Shown here piece after piece: positions 35,020 through 48,243 of a stretch of DNA of 64,000 nucleotides. Location of the stretch: positions 1-64,000 of the forward strand of contig JAVKOQ020000068.1 of the NCBI GenBank assembly GCA_031835245.2. The letters run 5' to 3'. The notes below the pieces were generated by a model. That model was not told the DNA's origin. It worked only from the letters and a program-made list of their open reading frames with translations, and searched no databases. The stretch's first letter is position 1. Each line of letters begins with the position of its first letter. The stretch is from Balamuthia mandrillaris (taxonomy: Eukaryota). The position numbers were made by a program, and so were the translations under genes.

Positions 35020-37345
35020 ATGGAAGTGGTGGCGGTGATGGAAGAGTCGGATGGTCTGTGGGAACAATGGCTGGAAGCCCCTCTCCACCAGGTCAGCAAA
35101 TTGTTGGCCGCGCCGCTCTCGGAGGGGGCGGGGACAGGAGAGAGCACCGGCGCTGGTGGAGGTGGAAAGGGGCAGCCGCCGTTGGAGAGCGAGGCTTTGG
35201 AGGCCCCTGCCGCGCAGCTGCTTGCGCTGTTGGAGGAGCGGCCGGCGCGGTGGGAGAGCGTGCCCCTGGTGGGCGTTGCTGAGCCCGCCACGCAAGCGGG
35301 CCGGCTGGTGAGGTATCGTGGCATGGTGCAGGACATGTTGGAGCCGGAGTACTACATGGCCGTCTATGAGCTGCACAAGCCTTTGCCTTCTCAACCAAAG
35401 GTAATCCATCCTTTCCTCTACACTTTTTTTGTCGCTTCGTCTTTCAGTTTTTTTTCGATTGATTGTCACTCTCTTCTTCTTGTTCTTCTTCTTCTCCTTC
35501 GTTTGTGCCGTCTGTTGTTTGTGTGTTTAGAGAATTTGCATGAAGTACTGTGAAGATCCGCGGCAACACTTGGGAACTGCGCGCAACGACGAAGCCACAA
35601 ATATAAAGACGGCAGAGCAGGAAGAAAGCGAAGAGGAGGAGGGGCACTTCCTGCCACATCTCATCTTTCAACGAGAACGTCTGCATTGTGTGCCTCGACC
35701 CGCCCAAAGCCAATGGGCCACACCATCTTCTTCTCTATCAGGCTGTATCCTGAAGCTGTATGACAAGGCTGAAGGCAGCTTGAAACTCAATGAGCTGGTA
35801 GAGTGTGTTGGCATTCTTGCTCCTATCGATGATGGCGCAGAGAGCAAATTCAGCCAGGAGCAAGGTGCAGAAGAGGCGTCGTCGTCGGCACCCTCAGACA
35901 ACAATGACTGTCAGTTGCGGCTGCATTGCCTTGCTTACCGCAAGTTACTTCCAAGCGACTTTATTCCTGGTTTGTTTTGTTTGTTTGTTTGGACATCCGA
36001 ATGAAAAGACTAATCCAAAATGCGTAGCTGAGTTGAGAGAATCCCCAGCATCTTCATTGGTGTCTGTCAGACAATCTTTGGTGGAGCGCATAGCCGCTAC
36101 TTTAGGAGAAGACACACTCGCCGCTGAATACGTTCTTCTTGGCATGTTATCCCACATGTACGCGCTCTCTGCTCTTTCTTGTAGTTACCTTGTACATTCT
36201 CTTTTCGTTCACTAGTGTTTGTAACATTATCCCTTATTCTTTTTAAAATGAACAGCTACACACGTTATGACACTCTTCCACTCGGAAGCCTCTGTCTAAA
36301 CCTATGTGGCCTTCCCGAGTATCGTCAACACAGTCGGGCAACAAGAACCTCTACTTCCACACATGTTCCCTCAGCTCTGAACAACATTGGTTCCGCCATT
36401 CATTCTCTTTCAACTTCTCTCCTTCCAGCCTCGATGCTCATCCCTATGACCCTCCAAAACCTAAACTCTGGTCGCTTCACCCCTTTTAAGGATTACAATA
36501 ACAACCGACTGGTTTCTGGAGCGCTGCAACTTGCTGCTGGCACTTTTCTCATTCTCGATGAGACGTGTCTGGAAGAAGGCACATTGAACAAAACAGGTTT
36601 GTCAGTTTGTTCCCTTTTTATTTCTTTTTTTAACTTTTTAAAACAAAAAGGAGTGCATAACGTATCAGCATTGAAGGAGCTCATTCAATGGCAAAAAGTT
36701 TCATATGACTTCCAATACTACCGAACTCAATTTGAATGTGACATTCCCGTGTTGACTCTTTCATGTTCCTCCAAACCGTTACTTCCCGTTAGTTTTTTTT
36801 TCTCATGATATTTATTTTTAAACACAAAACTCATTTTTTTGTACTTGTTTTACAGTTCCAATGCCAAGTGCCACTTCGACCTACAACGCCTTTTGGAACG
36901 GAAAGGAAAGAGCAACAGATAGAGGACCAAGCGTTGCTAACGCGTTGTCGTGCCTACTTGGCATGTATGCGCAATATCAACGTAACCATTGATGCCGATG
37001 TCTCCAAAGTAAGCCTTCACTTATTTTCTTTACTTTCTAGTTTTAATCACATTCTCTCTCGCGTGAAGCTCGTCGAAGATGACTTTGTGAATCGACGACA
37101 ACGGCAAGAAGGCGGCGACATAAGCCCTGAGTTGTTACATTTGTGGCTTACTCTTGCTCGGTACTCGCTTCTTTCCTGTTTTCTTTTTCTTGTTTCTGTT
37201 GTTAAAGTATTTGTTTGTTGCGTGTAGGCTGCAAGCAATGAGCTTTGGGGAAGATGTACTGACAGAAGAGCGATGGAACTACACCAAGGCACTAGAGCAA
37301 CAACGATTGTCATTGATGGAACAACAACAACGTATTCCTCTTTAA
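35020..37345 (+). CDS. MCMBP: Mini-chromosome maintenance complex-binding protein
   Basis: LVRYRGMVQDMLEPEYY, LKLNELVECVGIL, LGEDTLAAEYVLL, PFKDYNNNRLVSGALQLAAGTFLILDETCLEEGTLNKTG, WQKVSYDFQY, EDDFVNRR, LHLWLTLAR. Confidence 0.93.
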
Positions 37346-37435
37346 GCGTACACCTCATTTCTCTGATTGTTTTTATTTTTCTTTTCTCCAAAAGAAAAGA
37401 AAAAAGAAAAACAGCTCAGTTTTTTTCAACTGATT

Positions 37436-38583
37436 TTAGTTCAGCACTGAGTATTCGTAGGAAGAGCTTTGCCAGCAGCTACCCGTGAAGCATATCAGCA
37501 ACATTGCCAACAGCTGTTTGTTTTTGTGTATGTGTGTTGGTGTTGTCACGTTAGTTCGTTTGTAAGGAGAGAAGACAGAGAAGCAGCGAAGAGAGATGAA
37601 GGTTACCAGCCACAACTCAGAAACGATGAGGAGGTACCACCCGGCTGGTCCCCAATACTTGTATACTTGTTGCTTGTCCTGATCCAGGTTCTCATATCCC
37701 CAAAACTTTTTTGGAGAGTTGTGATACGTTATGCATGTAAGTTCTTGTTCTTTTCTTTCTTCTTTCTTCTTTTCTTCTTTCTTCTTTTCTTTCTTCTTCT
37801 CCTCCTCCTCTCTGCATCTTCTCCTTTTCTGTCTGCATTCTTCTTCCTGAGAGCAAAAACAGGAGCCAAACCTTATTCTTGGAAGGAACAAGGAAGTCCA
37901 CGCGAGATGAGGCGTCATCTCTCAAAGCTTCTGCCACGGAGCCGCTAAAGTAAGCCAGAGCCGCAATGGCGCTTGCTATTCCCACCAAACCAAACAGGAA
38001 AAAGATAACCTATTTTCAAAAGGTGAGAACACAACAAAAGCCAGGAGAGGTAAGAGAGGCAAGAGGCGAGAAAAAGGAGGAGCAGAAGTAGAGAAGAAGA
38101 AGAAAAGAAGAAGAAGAGTGTCACTTTGATGCAGCGCATTGGCCGTCGAGTGCCTCTGCTCAGAACGCACAGGGTGGCACACATCACGAACAGACCGCAG
38201 AGCGCCCGAAGCACAACAAGACATAGACTGACCACGAACACTTTTGAAGTCTGCTCCAAAGAGCTTAAGTTTGAGCACAAAACGTTTCAAAGATACATTA
38301 CTTTGTCAAGGTCATGGTCGCTGTAGGTCGTGGTGGAGGAGGATTCCTTGTGTTTGCCGACGTAGCTGCGCATGAACACCTCCCTCCACCAGAAAGTCTC
38401 CGCCTGCACCATGATGTCCGCCTCCTCGCCTCCCTCCCCAGCTGGCCGATCCTCCGAGTCTGGGTGCTCCACCTGCAGCACGAGGTACCACGGCACGAAC
38501 AGAGCGCTCACCACGAAGAACATGGAAAGGAGGGAAAAGGCGAAGGCCCAGCAGGGCTTGCTACAGCAGGAACATCCTCCCAT
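37436..38583 (-). CDS. Tetraspan (claudin-like) membrane protein
   Basis: Cys-rich N-terminus MGGCSCC, TM1 ending ALFVPWY, two central TM segments, KFWG and YWGPAGWYL before a final TM segment. The family call is tentative. Confidence 0.55.
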
Positions 38584-38663
38584 TCCCCTGTCGTATATTG
38601 TTTCTTTTTGTTTTGGAAGGAAATTCTTTTTCGTCGAGACACCAAATTTTCCATTTGTGGAGT

Positions 38664-38771
38664 GTCGACAAATTTGAACGTCGACATTTATTCTCCCTTT
38701 GTCGACAAATATGAAGCGTCGACAATTTCGCTTTTGTCGACAATGTATTTGTCGACTCTTCTCGTGTCGAC
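38664..38771. promoter_or_regulatory. Cluster of seven palindromic GTCGAC elements in a divergent promoter
   Basis: GTCGAC at 38664, 38680, 38701, 38718, 38736, 38751 and 38766, between ATGs at 38583 (-) and 38835 (+). Confidence 0.7.
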
Positions 38772-38834
38772 AAAGTGAACCAAAAATAAAAAATAAATAA
38801 AAAACTGATCATTAAAAAAAAACAACAAAATCCA

Positions 38835-41800
38835 ATGGAGGAGGAAGATGGTTGGACGCTAGGGGAGAAGTTGTTGCTGGTGGAGGCTGTCCTCAAGTGC
38901 GGGAACATCGGCAACAGCTGGCCTTCCGTCAGCCGCGTGTTGCGGCAACACGTTTCCGCAAAACGGAATTCGCATCTTTTCGGCTCTCGGGTGAGAAGGC
39001 CTTCTTCCCTCTCATTTTTGATTTCGATTTCGATTTCGTTCGCTTTTCCATCCAAAACAACTACTAAACACTTTTTTTCCTCCTCCTCTTCTTCTTTATT
39101 TGTTTTTTTCCTTTCATTCAACCTAAGAAATGCGTTGCGACCTACGAACAGCTGGTGTCCGACTATGACGCAATGTAAGTGGTTTTTCCATCCGGCGTTC
39201 ACCTCACCTTGCTTACGATCGACCGGAGCTAAACGGTGTCTTTTTTTGTTGTTTGTTGTGATTCAGCAACATGGCGCCCACCGTGGCAGCTGCTGTCGCC
39301 GGCGGCAGCAATGCCTCCACCCCCTCTAGTTCTCCCTCTTCTGTGAATAGCGGCAAAAAGCCTTCCGCCACCAAAGAAGGTATCGTTGATGGTGTTTTTC
39401 TTTTTCTTTTGCAATGACTGATTTGTTCTCGTTTGCTCTTGCTCTTGCTCTTGCTCTTGCTCTTGCTCTTGCTCTTGCTCTTGCTCTTGCTCTTGCTCTT
39501 GCTCTTGCTCTTGCTCTTGCTCTTCTCTTGCTCTTGCTCTTGCTCTTCTCTTGCTTGCTCTTGCTCTTGCTTGCTCTTGCTCTTGCTCTTTCTTGCTCTG
39601 CTCTTGCTCTTGCTCTTTTGCTCTTGCTCTTGCTCTTCTGCTCTTGCTCTTGCTCACGTTCTGTTCGTTCTCGTTCTCGTTCTCGTTCTCGTTCTCGTTC
39701 TCGTTCTCGTTCTCGTTCTCGTTCTCGTTCTCGTTCTCGTTCTCGTTCTCGTTCTCGTTTCGTTCTCGTTCTCTGTCTCTTTCTCTTCTCTTTTTCGCTA
39801 CTGCTGCGCCTTCTATTGGTGTTAGTGAACCAAGCCGTCTTTTTGCTCAACAAATTGAAGGAACAACGAATGGAAGAGTTACGACGTGCCATTAAAGGCT
39901 ATGAACGAGAAATCAGGTATTTCCATTCTTCTCGACTTCTCTCCTTGTTCTTCTTTGCTTACTGTATTCATTTCCTTCGTCCAAACGTAACAAAAGGGAA
40001 ATAAGGAGCAACTTGGAACAGTTAGAACAGGAATTGGATGATGAGGAACGAGAAAAGCTCAATGAAGCGCTTAACGCATTAGCCAAAAAGGACTACGCTT
40101 ACTTTAGTGCACAACCTTCTCCTCAAAAACCCAAAACGCCGACACGTGCACGACGAGCCAAGAAAACTTTGGCTTCTCCTGCCTCAACCTCACCCTCTTC
40201 TTCCTCTTCTTCTACTGCCTCCACCGAAAACATCACGCAAAACAAGAACAGTTCAGCTCGCAAACAAAACGAGAAACAACTTCACAACAGACAACGACCA
40301 AGACCACACAAAACGTATCGATTTCTTCGCCTGAAACAGAACAACCACAACACTCAAATCGACAAACAACCCTAAAACAAAACGATGGTGAAGAGCAGCA
40401 GCCAGTAAAGCAAAAGAAGGTACGCGTAACGTTCTTTTCTTCCTTTGTTTTGTTCGTTTCCTTCTTGTAGTTGAAGAAAAGAAAAAACAGTCGAAGAAGA
40501 AAAACGAGGAGAGGGGAAAAAAAAAAGAAATGAACATTGTGCTTATTTAATTTGTTGCTTGTCTGTGATAGATGAGAACTGAAACGATCTCCCTTGTCGC
40601 AGACGACACGCCAGCTTTTGCAAAAACGTCCACTACCACCACTCCAAAGCAAGAAAGAAAAGTGACCTTGCTAGAGCTTCTAATTCCTTCCCCTTCTCCC
40701 TCTTCCGCTTCGGGTCAAGATAAAACAGAAAGCTCTTCTCTTTCCTCTACAACGAAAGCCTCCAACAAGCAAAAAACGGCTTCTGAGTCGACAAAACAAG
40801 GTGAACCCAAAAGTCGAACTTATGATTACTCCTCTTATCTTTTTGATTTTCCTTCTACCTCTGCAACGCCTACTCCTACTCCCAGTCAAGAAACTGACTC
40901 TCTCATGAAAACCGAAGCTGACATTAGAAAGAATGAAACACAAGAAGACCACCAAGAAGAAAAAGAAGAGCAACTTGAAAAGCGAGAAGAGGTTGTTATA
41001 GCATCTGACGTGATCAATAGCAGCCCCGTTCACACAGAACGACAAGGATCTCACAAAGGAAAAATTAAAGAAGAGGAGGAAGCGGAAGAAGAACGAGAGG
41101 AAAAAGATGAAGCACAAAACGGGGAAGAGAAAGAGGAACCGACGGGAGAAGATAAAAAGGAGAAACAGGAACAGGAAGAGGCGCAAGCGACTGTGTCAGG
41201 AATCGAAGCTGTTTCTGAAGCACAACCTATGCAGTTAGAAGCAGAAATAACGATAGAAGAACGAGAAAACGAAAACAAAGAGGAAGAAGACGCCAACGAA
41301 GAAGCAGAAGAAAAAGTAAGACAAGTGGAGGAAACTCAAGAAGAAGAACAAGAACAAAGTATAGACCAACGTGTCGCTTCAGATGAAGACAAGCAGCAAG
41401 GAGAACCTCAAGAGGCATCTCCAACTCTGGCCTCCTCCCCTGCACAGCCCTCCACACCAACCTTCGTTTTTACTACTGCTAGTACCGCTGACATGATTCA
41501 AAAAGCCCATTCGGCTCCTTCTTCTCCTAAGGAATCTATTGCGTCAACTACAAAGCAAGAAACCATTGAAAACGATAAGGAAGAAACAGAACAAAGGCAA
41601 CATGAAAACAATGAGATGGAAGAAGAACCCGAAGAAGGCAGAGAGAAAACAGAAGAAAGACAAGAAATGAAAGAAATAGCTGACACAACAGAAATGGAAG
41701 AAGAAGAAGAAGAAGAAGAAGAAGAACAAGAAGAAGAACAAGAAGAAGAACAAGAAGAACAAGAAGAAGAAGAGAAAGAAGAAGAAGAAGAAGAGCAGGA

Positions 41801-42776
41801 AGAAGAACAAGAAGAAGAACAGGAAGAAGAGAAAGAGGAACCCGAACAAAAAGAAATACAGGAGGAAAAAGAAAACAAGCCAATCAAAAAGGCGAAGAAA
41901 GAAGCGAAAGAAGAGACAGGACAAACCGAAGAACAAGAACCAGAAGGTGAAGAAGAGGAGGAGGAGAGGAAAGAAGAAAAAGAGAAGAAAACAAAGGAAG
42001 AGGAAGCAGAGGAAGAACATGAAGCGGTGAAGCCCTCCTCAAAGAAGAAATCAAAATCTTCCCCCAAAAACATGCCTCCAAGAAGCCCTTCACCCCCACC
42101 TTCCTCTCCCTCCACCGCGTCATCCTCCTCATCCACCACCGCCACAACGTCATCAACGACGTCATCCTCCTCATCAACAACAACAAGAATAAGAAATGAA
42201 TGGTCATGGCTTGGCGAAGGACCATCTGGAATGATGGCCAAATGTCATCGTTTGCTAAAGGCTGTTGCTGCCCACAAGTACGCTGAGCCGTTTCTGGAGC
42301 CGGTAACCGATGACGACGCGCCTGACTACGATAACGTTATATGGCGACGAATGGACCTTTCCACCATCGAAAAGAAACTTTTGGCAAAGGTTTCTTCTTC
42401 TGTTTCTCCTGTTTCTTCTTCTTCTTCTTTCTTCTTCATTTCTTCTTCATTTCCTTCCTTCTTTTCTTTCTCTTATGTTTTCACTACTAACATGAACGGA
42501 AACAAAAAGGAATATCGACGCCCTGCAGAATTCATACGAGACATGCACTTGATGTTAGCCAACGCCATGATTTACAACGCAAAGGGCACCGATGTCTACG
42601 TCATGGCCTCTACTCTCAAAGAGTTCATGAAGAACGAGATAGAAAGTACGTTCTTTTTTTCGTTTTCTTTTTCCTCATCCAATGATTTGACTCCTCTCCC
42701 TTTTCAACACACAACAAAAAAAGATATGAAACTATCACCAGCTTCTCGCTCAAGTCGAGCTGGAACAAAGAAATGA
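38835..42776 (+). CDS. BRD8: BRD8-like bromodomain protein
   Basis: WTLGEKLLLVEAVLKCG...WPSVSR; LLNKLKEQRMEELRRAI; Glu-rich linker; bromodomain HKYAEPFLEPVTDDDAPDYDNVIWRRMDLSTI...FIRDMHLMLANAMIYN. Confidence 0.82.
39434..39760 (+). repeat. Adjacent (GCTCTT)n and (GTTCTC)n hexanucleotide arrays in a BRD8 intron
   Basis: GCTCTT units at about 39434-39654, then GTTCTC units at about 39667-39760. Confidence 0.93.
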
Positions 42777-42830
42777 AAGGGAACCCCTTTTAAAAAAAAG
42801 ATGAACAAAAGCTGTTGTAAATGTAAGTGT

Positions 42831-42973
42831 TTAGGAAGAAGATAGCTTTCGACGCTTTTTTTGAGCAGACTTCATTTTCTTTTTGTAGTCTCTCGTCAGC
42901 ATTTGCCGTTTGTTCGCCCATTCTTGTTGCACTTGTTCTCTGCATTTCGAACAAAGTGAGTCCTCAAGGAGAG

Positions 42974-43007
<34 letters not shown>

Positions 43008-43176
43008 ACACACAGATTTGTGTTGCGCATAAATGCACATTCTTCCGGTCTTCTCCCTCCGAAAAGAAAAACGGGCACTTCGTCTGTTGTCGTTGCGAGC
43101 AAACTCGAAACCTGAGGATTGTGAAAAACGAAATAACGATCACAACCACAACAATAGAAAGAAACAATGAAAAAGC

Positions 43177-43225
<49 letters not shown>

Positions 43226-45190
43226 CCGTGTTGTCATTTTGCTGTGGCCGCTCTTCTTCTTCGTCGTTTTGTGTTTCAAACGCAGTAGAAGGTGCTGGTG
43301 TTGACTCCGGTTGTGGCGAACCAGCAGCTGAAAATCCAAAAGAAAACGAGTTGCTATTTTGAGAGGAAGAAGATGTTGAAGAAGATCCAAAAAGAGCAAA
43401 AGAGGCTTCCTTCTCAGCGGCCAGTCTCGACCAATGTTTAAACTTGAGAGTGAACTCGCCAGTAGGCGTCTCCAAGCGAGAGAGGTAACCTTGTTGCTCT
43501 TCCTTTGTGATTGTTTGCGGCGGGCTCGTTGTGGAGTCGTTTGGAGTATCGTTTGTTTGTTCCGTCTTCTCTTCTTGCTTGGTTTTGCTGGTTTCTTCCC
43601 CTTCGCTCTCTTCCTCACTTTCTTCCTCTTCTTCTGCTTTGCTTACTTCATCTTCACTGTCTTCTTTGCTCTCTTCTTCGTGTTCTGTTTCTCTTTCTTC
43701 GTCTTCGTCTTCGTCAACGTGTTGAAGCTGCCGAACTTCTTCCACTACATCCATCATGTCTTCCACTGCCAATTCTCTCTTTTCCTCATCCTCCCCACCT
43801 GGAAACAGCGATTCCAAAACGGAGAGAGATGTCTTTTTCTCTGTTAACAACGCTTCATAGATCTTATCTGCCGGCGCTTCATCCACTTCGACTTCTTCTT
43901 CCTCGTCCTCCTCCGATTCTTCCTTTTCTTCTTGTTCATCTTTGCTGGAAGAACTCTCTTCTTCTTCTTCCTCTTCAGAGCTGCTCTGTTCTTTTGTTAC
44001 TTTAGTCTGTTTTGGTGTTGCAGTTGTGCGTTTTGATGAGGCTGAGGAAGGATCCCATGTGTACGCCAATTGATGCAAAGGACGAGAAATGTCGTTACGA
44101 AAGGCCAGTATTGTGATGTTATCTTTGTAATTGGTTGGATCGTGTACAAATACCTGGTATAGATGCAGAGATTTAGAGATGAAGAAGAAGCAGAAGCAAA
44201 AGCAGAAAGAACTTCCTTCGGAGAGAGAGAGAGAGAGAGTACGTACGCCTTTGTTATTTTTGGTGGGTAGACGAAGAACAGGAAGAAAGCGGCCTGCTTT
44301 GCCTCGCTTCCATTGTCCAGCAACGCGTTTGATGGCGGTGCCATCAGGATTCACGCCTTCCGCCTTTTCTTCTCCCTTCGTTTGGTCCTTATTCCCTTGT
44401 TGTTCCTTCTCTTTTTGCAACCTGTATGTATTGGTTAGCGCGGAGAGAGAGAGAGAGAGAGAGAGAGAAAGAAATAAAAGGAGGACAGAGAGGGAAGAGA
44501 GAGAGGAGAGAGCAAAACCGTATAGTGTAGTTCTCTTTCGCTCGTTCTATACGCAAAACTTTTCCTTTCCATTTAGTTTTGTTTAACGTACTTAAACCTT
44601 TGTTTAAAAAATGTGAGAGAGAGCACAAAAAAGTAAGCAAGCAGAGAAGCAGAGAAGCAGAGAAGGGAGAAGCAGAGAAGAGGGGCCACAAACATGTTTC
44701 TATCTTTGCTTTTGGCTTCAAGTCCACATGAGCGAATACTTGACCTTTGTGGTGTCCAAAAGATTATTTTTCTAAGCATAAACTTCATCACACAACAAAA
44801 AGTAGTACCGATAGCTTCGTTCTTGCGGTTGATCCCAAAGTTGCGAACCTCGCCGAAGGAGCTAAAGAGCTTCGCGAGGAACTCCTCTGTGATCTCCTTC
44901 GGAAGACTGCCCACAAACAAACGGTAGTAGCCCTCTGGGTCCGGACCGAGCGAGGCCGCCGTTCCCTTTGTTGTGGCTGAAGCGAGCGCAGTGGAGGTCG
45001 GGGGCGGCGGTTGCGGTTTGGAGGGGAGAGCCGCGGCGGCGTCCTGCTGCTTGCCCCTTTGCTTCGCTGCTTCCGTCGGCGCTTCGCCTTTCGTCTCGGT
45101 TCCCCTCCGCTCCGACGACGGATGTGGGGGAAAACCTCCCCCACTCCTCCTCTTCTGCGTCAAGTTTGGAGCTCCGCGTCGAAGCTCCAT
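42831..45190 (-). CDS. NOL8: Nucleolar protein 8-like RRM protein
   Basis: RLFVGSLPKEITEEFLAKLFSSFGEV, LSTLNKTKWKGKVLRIERAKENY, WKRGKAGRFLPVLRL, HDPTNYKDNI; C-terminal CAFMR...EWANKRQMLTRDYKKKMKSA. Confidence 0.82.
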
Positions 45191-45615
45191 CGAGCCTTTG
45201 TGTTCTTCCTCGTCGTTTCTTTCTTTTTCTTTCTTTTTTTTTTGGCATTTCCGCCAAATCTGATCCAAAAAATTCCATATTCCAGGTTGATTTGGAAATT
45301 TTGGTTGTTCTGCCTAGAACGCCATTTGGTTGAAACGAACGGAAATCAGTCCATATTTTCCATCTTGTTGAGAATAAATGGATAAACTGCCATTTTAGTG
45401 CCAATTTGTAGACATTTAAGGAACCGTGTCGACACGACCAGACTCCTTTGCGAAAAAAAAAAGAAGTCACAAAAAAAGAAGAGAAGGGAAAGAAGGAGAG
45501 AGAGAAGTAGCCACCTATTTTTTGTTTCCCCTTTTCCCCTTGTTGCTCTCCTCCCGCTTTATATATTCTTCTTTTTTCTTCTTTCTCTTCTTTTTTATCC
45601 TCCCCCGCAACGAAA

Positions 45616-46081
45616 ATGAACGTGGTACAAGCCATTCAGGACTACATCACCAAGATGGTGGAGAGCGTCAGCGGCATGAAGGTGCTGGTGATGGACAAGG
45701 AGACCACGGGCATCGTCAGTCTGGTCTACTCCCAGTCCCAGATGCTGCAAAAGGAGGTCTACCTCTTCGAACGGCTGGACAACCAGGCGCGCGAGCTGAT
45801 GGCCCACCTCAAGGCCATTTGCTTCCTGCGGCCCACCGAGGAGAATTGCAGGATGCTCGACGCCGAGCTCAAGAGGCCTCGCTACGGCGAATACCACATC
45901 TGTACGTTTTTTTCAAGTGTTGGATTATTTTTTTTTTGTTGGTTTTTTTTCTCCTTCTCACCTGCATTTCTTTTTGGGTATTTCTTTTTTGATTTTTAAC
46001 TTTTGTTTGTTTTTCTCTTTTTACTTTTCTGCTCTCTTCTGCTCTCTTCTGCTCTCTTCTCTCTCTCTCCCCCTCTGTCCT

Positions 46082-46121
<40 letters not shown>

Positions 46122-48150
46122 TGTCCTCTCTGCTGCTCTGCTTCTCTCTTTCCTCTCCTCCATTAAAACAGTTTTCACAAATGTCATATCGAGCAACTTC
46201 TTGGAGGAGCTCGCCGAGGCGGACGAACACGAGGTGGTGCAACAGGTGCAGGAGTTCTTTGGTGACTTTTATGCCAACACGCCCGAGCTCTTCTCCCTCA
46301 ACATTGAGCACTGCATGGCCTTGAGCAACAAGAAGAAGGTGCAGATGTTGGAGAGGACGTGCGATGGGCTGATGGCCGTGCTGTTGTCCTTGAAGAAGAA
46401 GCCCGTCATTCGATACCAGAAAAAGTCGGACCTGGCGCAGAGAGTTGGCCAGGAAGTAGCTGTATGTTTTTTCTTTTACTTCTTCTGCTTCTTTGCTTAT
46501 GTTGTCTTCATTGGCTTTCTTACGGTACTTGTTTTTTATCTGTATAGAGACGCATGCAACAAGAAAAGAGTTTGTTCGATTTTCGTAAATCGGACACAGC
46601 GCCGTTGTTGCTCATTTTGGACCGACGAGATGACCCCGTCACTCCCTTGCTCCACCAATGGACCTACCAAGCAATGGTACATGAACTGTTGGGCATTTAC
46701 AACAATCGTGTTGACCTGAAGAACGTGCCCGGCATCCGTAAAGAGCTGGAGGTACACTAACTCTTCTATTCTTTTCTGCTTTCTTTCTCATTCTTTGACT
46801 TTCTGTGTACAGGAGGTTGTGTTATCGAGCGATCAAGACTCCTTTTACAAGAGCAACATGTACAACAACTTTGGAGACTTGGGCATCAGCATCAAGAACC
46901 TTGTTGATGAGTTCCAATCCAAAACTCAAAGCAACCAGAACATTCAGAGCATCGGTTCGTTCTTCTCTCTCTCTCTCTCTCTCTCTCTCCACGTTTTGCT
47001 CACATTTTTCAATTGACAGCTGATATGAAAAGATTCGTGGAGGAATATCCCGAGTTTCGTAAGCTCTCTGGAAACGTATCCAAACATGTCGCTGTGATGG
47101 GAGAGCTTTCGCGTATTGTTGAGTTTCGGTCTCTACTGGACGTCTCTGAGTTGGAACAAGAATTGGCTTGTCATCAAGACCACGCCGCTGCCGTCAAGGT
47201 AAGTTTTTCTTTCTTTTCTCTAGTCACTTCCTTCTTTATCCAGGTGACTAACCCAACAATATTTCAGAAATTATCGTCAATGCTGGAGAATCCAAAGATA
47301 ACGAAAGAGGATTGTCTAAAGTTAGTGATGCTGTACGCTCTTCGCTACGAAGAGAACTCCTCCAACAAGATCACTCAGTTTATCGAAAAGCTTTTCGACT
47401 GCGGCTTAGACGAAGACCAAGTTGGGGTTTGTTCTCCTCTTTCTCTCTCTTTCTATCTCTTTCTCTTTTAAACCGAGCGTTAATTACGTTATCTTTAAAT
47501 CCATAGTTGATATCAGCATTGACAGCTTATGCAGGAGCAAGTCAGCGCAGTGGCGATCTCTTTGGCAACAGCAATCTGCTAAGAATTGCTCGCAGCTCCA
47601 TTCGTAGAGGTCTCAAGGTAACATTTTCCTCTTCTTTCGTCTCTGCTCCTCTTCTATCTATTTTCCATCTCGAGGCACAAAACTAAAACTAAAACGTAAA
47701 AAACAAATAGGGCATTGATAATATCTACACAGAGCATCAGCCGTTGCTTCGTGACATCTTAGAGAGCGTCATGGCCGGGCGAATGCGAGAAGCCGATTAT
47801 CCGTACATCATTGGCTCTCCTTCCAAAGAAAGGTATTATTATTATTAATTCTCTCTTTCACCTCCTTTTCTTGCTCTCTCTCTCTCTCTCTCTTCTATTT
47901 CTTTTCTTTTTAATAACAAACAAAACCACAAACCACAAACCACAGACCAGAGAACGTGATAGTATTCATAGTAGGAGGAGCGACCTACGAGGAAGCCTTC
48001 ACCGTTCACCAAATGAACAAAGACACGACCTATGGCTGCAGCATCATTCTCGGAGGGACCACCATCCACAACTCGAAGAGCTTCTTTGCAGAGTTGGCGC
48101 AAATCAGGGATCTCAACCAAAAGTCTTACTCTGGCAAACGAAACTTGTGA
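45616..48150 (+). CDS. VPS45: Sec1/Munc18 family protein VPS45
   Basis: [104 protein letters not shown]. Confidence 0.97.
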
Positions 48151-48243
48151 TCTCTTTTGCTTGTTGTTCTTTTTTTTTTAGTTCGGTACTTATACATATC
48201 TTCTTTTCTTTCGTTCTTTTCGTTCTCTTTTCTTTTTTCTTCC

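Noticed and set aside
38633..38772. CRISPR-like reading of the repeat-spacer pattern
   Set aside because: The repeat is only 6-8 bp, spacers are about 10-15 bp, there are no cas genes and the context is a eukaryotic promoter.
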